NCBI GenBank assembly: GCA_048213135.1
Contig: PS015032.1
Coordinates: forward strand, 35,838-81,553
Length of the DNA stretch: 45,716 nt
Source of the DNA: Reclinomonas americana ATCC 50394
Lineage: Eukaryota
Direction: 5' to 3'
In this document: positions 42,294 through 45,716 of the stretch, piece by piece
Layout: each line of letters begins with the position of its first letter
How positions within the stretch are numbered: position 1 is the first letter of the stretch
Position numbers and translations under genes: made by a program
The notes under the pieces: generated by a model
Told to the model about the DNA's origin: nothing
Databases searched by the model: none
What the model saw: only the letters and a program-made list of their open reading frames with translations

Positions 42294-43989
42294 TCAGTCA
42301 CTTGTTGGACTCTGCAGAGTCAACGTGTGGGGCTGCACGTTGACGTTTCCGGTCTGACTCGTCGGAGTCGCTGGCATTGTCTGTACGGCCAAGGCGGATG
42401 TACGGTAGAGCAGCTCCCCTTTCTTCCCCCTAGTTCCTCCCCTTTTCTCCGACCNNNNNNNNNNNNNNNNNNNNGGCGGGGGCGGCGGGGGCGCAAGCAG
42501 GTCAAGCGCCTCCTGCAGTCCCACCGCCAAGGTGCGAGTGGCGTTGCGCATGGCAAAGTCGCGAATGAGGCCAAACTTCGCAGTACTTTTGTGAGTCGCC
42601 TGCGTTATCAAGATCGCGCGCAGAAGTCAGTCGCAACAGCAGTTTGGAACGCATCTGCTCTGTAACCACACTCACCGGGATTCCGTCGAGGACAGCCTTC
42701 TCGGCACTCGCAGGATCCGAAATGCCGCGAATGTGAACCATTGCAACCGTACTCGTTGGATGAGCCACTTCAAAGGCGTACTGTGCTCCGAGCGCCTCCA
42801 TTTCGCACGCGAGAATGTTCTTCCCGGCACCGGATTCAGCCAGCCGGCTTGCAAAATTCGGGCTCTTGACGACGAAGGGTACGCTGGCCATTTCGCTGTT
42901 GAAGTGCACGAGGTCGATGTTTTGCTGATCTGAGTCCGCAGGGGCCCATGTGCCGACCTGGCCAATAATCAAATTCAAGTCGGCCTGATCACGAGGGAGA
43001 CCAAACGGTGAGAACGGCGGTCATGATTACGAAGCAACTGCAAGTGCACGATCATCAGTATTGCAAACCTCTTTCTTGTCGAGCTTGTCAAGCGTCTCCT
43101 TGCTCGTTCGAGAACCTCTTTTGCAGGCTCTATCGACTGCGCTGGCTGCCTTCGCAAGTGCCTCATCAAGAACAGCCATAACGTCCGCGTAGTGCATCCC
43201 GGCTCTGAGAATCGCACCGCGGTTCGTGGTTACCGAGCTGAGGAGACCGCAAAAGACACCTCCCTCAACGAGCAACCGAGAAGTGGTGAACTTGTTCACG
43301 GTGAATCCTTTGACGACTGCTTTCGGTTTCGTTTTCGGTTTCGCGTCGTCTTCTTTCTCTTTCTCGTCAATGTTAACGTCCACGATGTCCGACCGGTACA
43401 AAGGATCGACAATTGTCTTGGGAATCACCACGTCTCCCAGCTGCATGGAATGCGACCAGGAACAATAAGGGAAAAATAAGCAGAAGCGTGGAGCTCGAGA
43501 GAGCGCGATCTTCAAACCTTCGCGTCGCTATTTAGCGAGCCGGCAATGCCGACCAGATACACCACTCGCAGCTCTTCGCTCATGCGCATTGCAGAGTGCA
43601 CGAACTTCTGCATCGACAGAAAGCCCTGGTGGTTGACGGTTGAGAAGGCAATCGTCTTGCACGGCGACAAGGTGTATCCATATCCGTTGTCATCATACAC
43701 TGTCGGAGACTTCTGATGATAGAAGTTACAAAGTCAAACCCTGCAGCGCACGACATTTTGCTTCGCAGCCAAGCAGCAAACCTCTCCAAGCAGGTTCGTT
43801 CCGAACTCCTCCAAGCGAGACATCCCGCGGATCTCGTCGAGAAGAACTTGGTACTCAGCCGTCATGGCAGTAACAACGACGATCTTGACATGTGAAAGGG
43901 CCTCGCGAAGCTCTGAGATATCGATTTACGCAGTCATGATCAGTGAACAGCTCTGCACGCAGCGAAGAGGTGCAACTGTGAACACTCAT
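42294..43989 (-). CDS. PNP/UDP-1 superfamily (MTA/SAH nucleosidase-like) nucleoside phosphorylase-domain protein; both ends uncertain
   Basis: Spliced motifs KIVVVTAMTAEYQVL, VVYLVGIAGSLNSDAK|LGDVVIP, ILACEMEALG, HIRGISDPASAEK and RDFAMRNA. Tentative ATG at 43989; the C-terminus crosses a gap. Confidence 0.8.
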
Positions 43990-44463
43990 CGACCAGTGCA
44001 CCAATGCCCCTGTGCTCACACAGATCTGAGAAGGAAGCGAACAATAATGTTGTGTGCAAAACTGACTCTCGCTGTGGCAATGGATTGCCGGCGCCGGTAC
44101 ATGCGATACGAATGACGCCAGCGAACTGATACCAGTATACAGGTCAAGCCCATTCATCGAAGCGTGCGCGTGTGTGAGTGCGGCACGTGTGCAGTGCAGA
44201 GAGAGCCAGTAACAGTGCGAGAACATTGTGCGTGTCTGATTGAAATCTTGCACGCTCAGCAGCGAAGGCATTTTGTGTGCGTGTATGTGCATGTGCTCTC
44301 ATAAACAAACCAGTCGCTCGGCTGCGGACGCCAGATCCAGAAGCAGCGTTACTGGAAGAAGCCATAGCACTCTCTCACAAAGCAAACAGAAATGGCCAAG
44401 AAACTGAAATGAGCGCCAACGCAACCAACCAACCAGGCGACGAAAAACTTGACACACTCACAG

Positions 44464-45716
44464 ATGGCTGACGCAGAGATCGGCCAACGCCTCGCCTCGC
44501 GACTCGGGCACAACGGTTCGTACCACCTCACACACACACCCACACCAGAGCACGCATGCATCCGCGACAGCAGACGTCCAGAAAACAGTGTGAAAGTTGT
44601 TGATGCACATTCACATCAACGACCTGCACCACACACACTTTTTTCCTCCCCCGCCGCCTGCTCATCTCCGTGACACAACAGAGCGCGAGGAACGCGATGC
44701 AGCAGTGAAAGCGCTCTTCCAGATGTTCCAAAAGGTCGACTCGATGACCGACGCCGAGATGCTGGTGATCTGGAAGGGCCTCTTCTATGGTGAGTCCTCT
44801 TCTCTCTCTCTTTCTCTCTCCCTCGCCTCTTGCCACCCTCCTCTCTCTCTCTCTCTCCATCACAGTTTCCTTCTCTCTCTTTTGTTTTCCTCCTGTCAGC
44901 TTCACTTCTCTAGGACTTCCTCTCTTTGTTTCTCCTCCCTCTCCCTCTCCCCCCTTCTCACCCCCTCCCTCCCTCACCTGCCCTCAGCCATGTGGTTCTC
45001 CGACGGAGTCCCCGTCCAACGCGAGCTCGCCCAGCGCATGGCCCAGCTGATGCATGCATTCCCGACACTGGAGCTGACCATGCGCTTCGCGGAGACATTC
45101 ATGCTGACCATGCAACGCGAATGGCCGCGACTGGACCACCTGCGTCTGGACAAGTACTACCACCTGGTGGAGTGTGTGGTGCGGGAGCTCTTGTCGCTGG
45201 TGTGCACGGCCGAGGAGACCTTCCGCGAGCAGCAAGATGGTGATGATGACGAGGGGGATCGTCAGCTGAACCCGGTGGCTGTCGATGTGGCCAATCTGTT
45301 GTACGAGCACGTGTTCCGCGCCACGGCTGAGCCGCTGCGTAGTGATGTGGAGGATGCTGCGTTGGTGGTAAATGGCGACGAGGAGGCGGAGGAAGCCGTC
45401 GTCGATGACGACGAGGATGAGGAAGAGGAATACGACGATGAAGTTGAGGAGGAGGAGGAGGAGGAGGAGCAGCCGAAGAAGAACAAGAACAAGAACAAGG
45501 GCAAGAAGGGCAAGAAGGGCAAGCGTGGCACCTCTGACGAAGGTTTGTTGCTGCAGCATCCACTTGCTCCTCCACCACCGCCATCTCACTGTGTGTGCTC
45601 AGAGGCCGAGCAAGGCTTGAGTCGCGCCCAGATGCGTCAGCTGACGAAGCAACGCATTGCCGCCAAGCGCAGACAACGCAAAGTGGTGAGCGACTTTCTA
45701 ATCCATTCCCGCGATT
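44464..45716 (+). CDS. RRP1: Ribosomal RNA processing protein 1 (Nop52 family), 3' end beyond window
   Basis: MADAEIGQRLASRLGHN|ERE.RDAAVKAL...IWKGLFY|AMWFSDGVPVQRELA...TMQREWPRLDHLRLDKYYHLV matches the conserved Rrp1/Nop52 N-terminal motifs. Confidence 0.9.

Overview
Gapped, intron-rich eukaryotic (protist-like) genomic DNA with tightly packed genes. Most introns are 60-100 nt GT-AG, and a few are inflated by micro/minisatellites. Splicing the exons by hand gives, in order: a Kelch-repeat gene (-), an ARM-repeat/PB1/STE11-MEKK-like kinase (+), a coiled-coil protein with a C-terminal Cys/His (Btk/CHORD-like) zinc finger (-), a stand-alone VASt/StART-like protein (+), a probably myristoylated macro-domain/gelsolin-villin fusion (+), a NAP/SET histone chaperone (-, 5' part not visible), a low-complexity S/T/P-rich protein (-), four tandem GT31 glycosyltransferase paralogues (+), a PNP/MTA-nucleosidase-like protein (-) and RRP1/Nop52 (+, runs off the end). 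The standout is 14190-15212 (-). This 1023-nt stretch has no credible ORF but tiles exactly into 13 short canonical introns and 12 phase-0 micro-exons (eleven single-codon, one 6 nt). Together they spell the loop between HPG and WSCC of the zinc finger, so this is a candidate codon-by-codon combinatorial splicing cassette. All gene models and domain calls are by eye; no searches were run.
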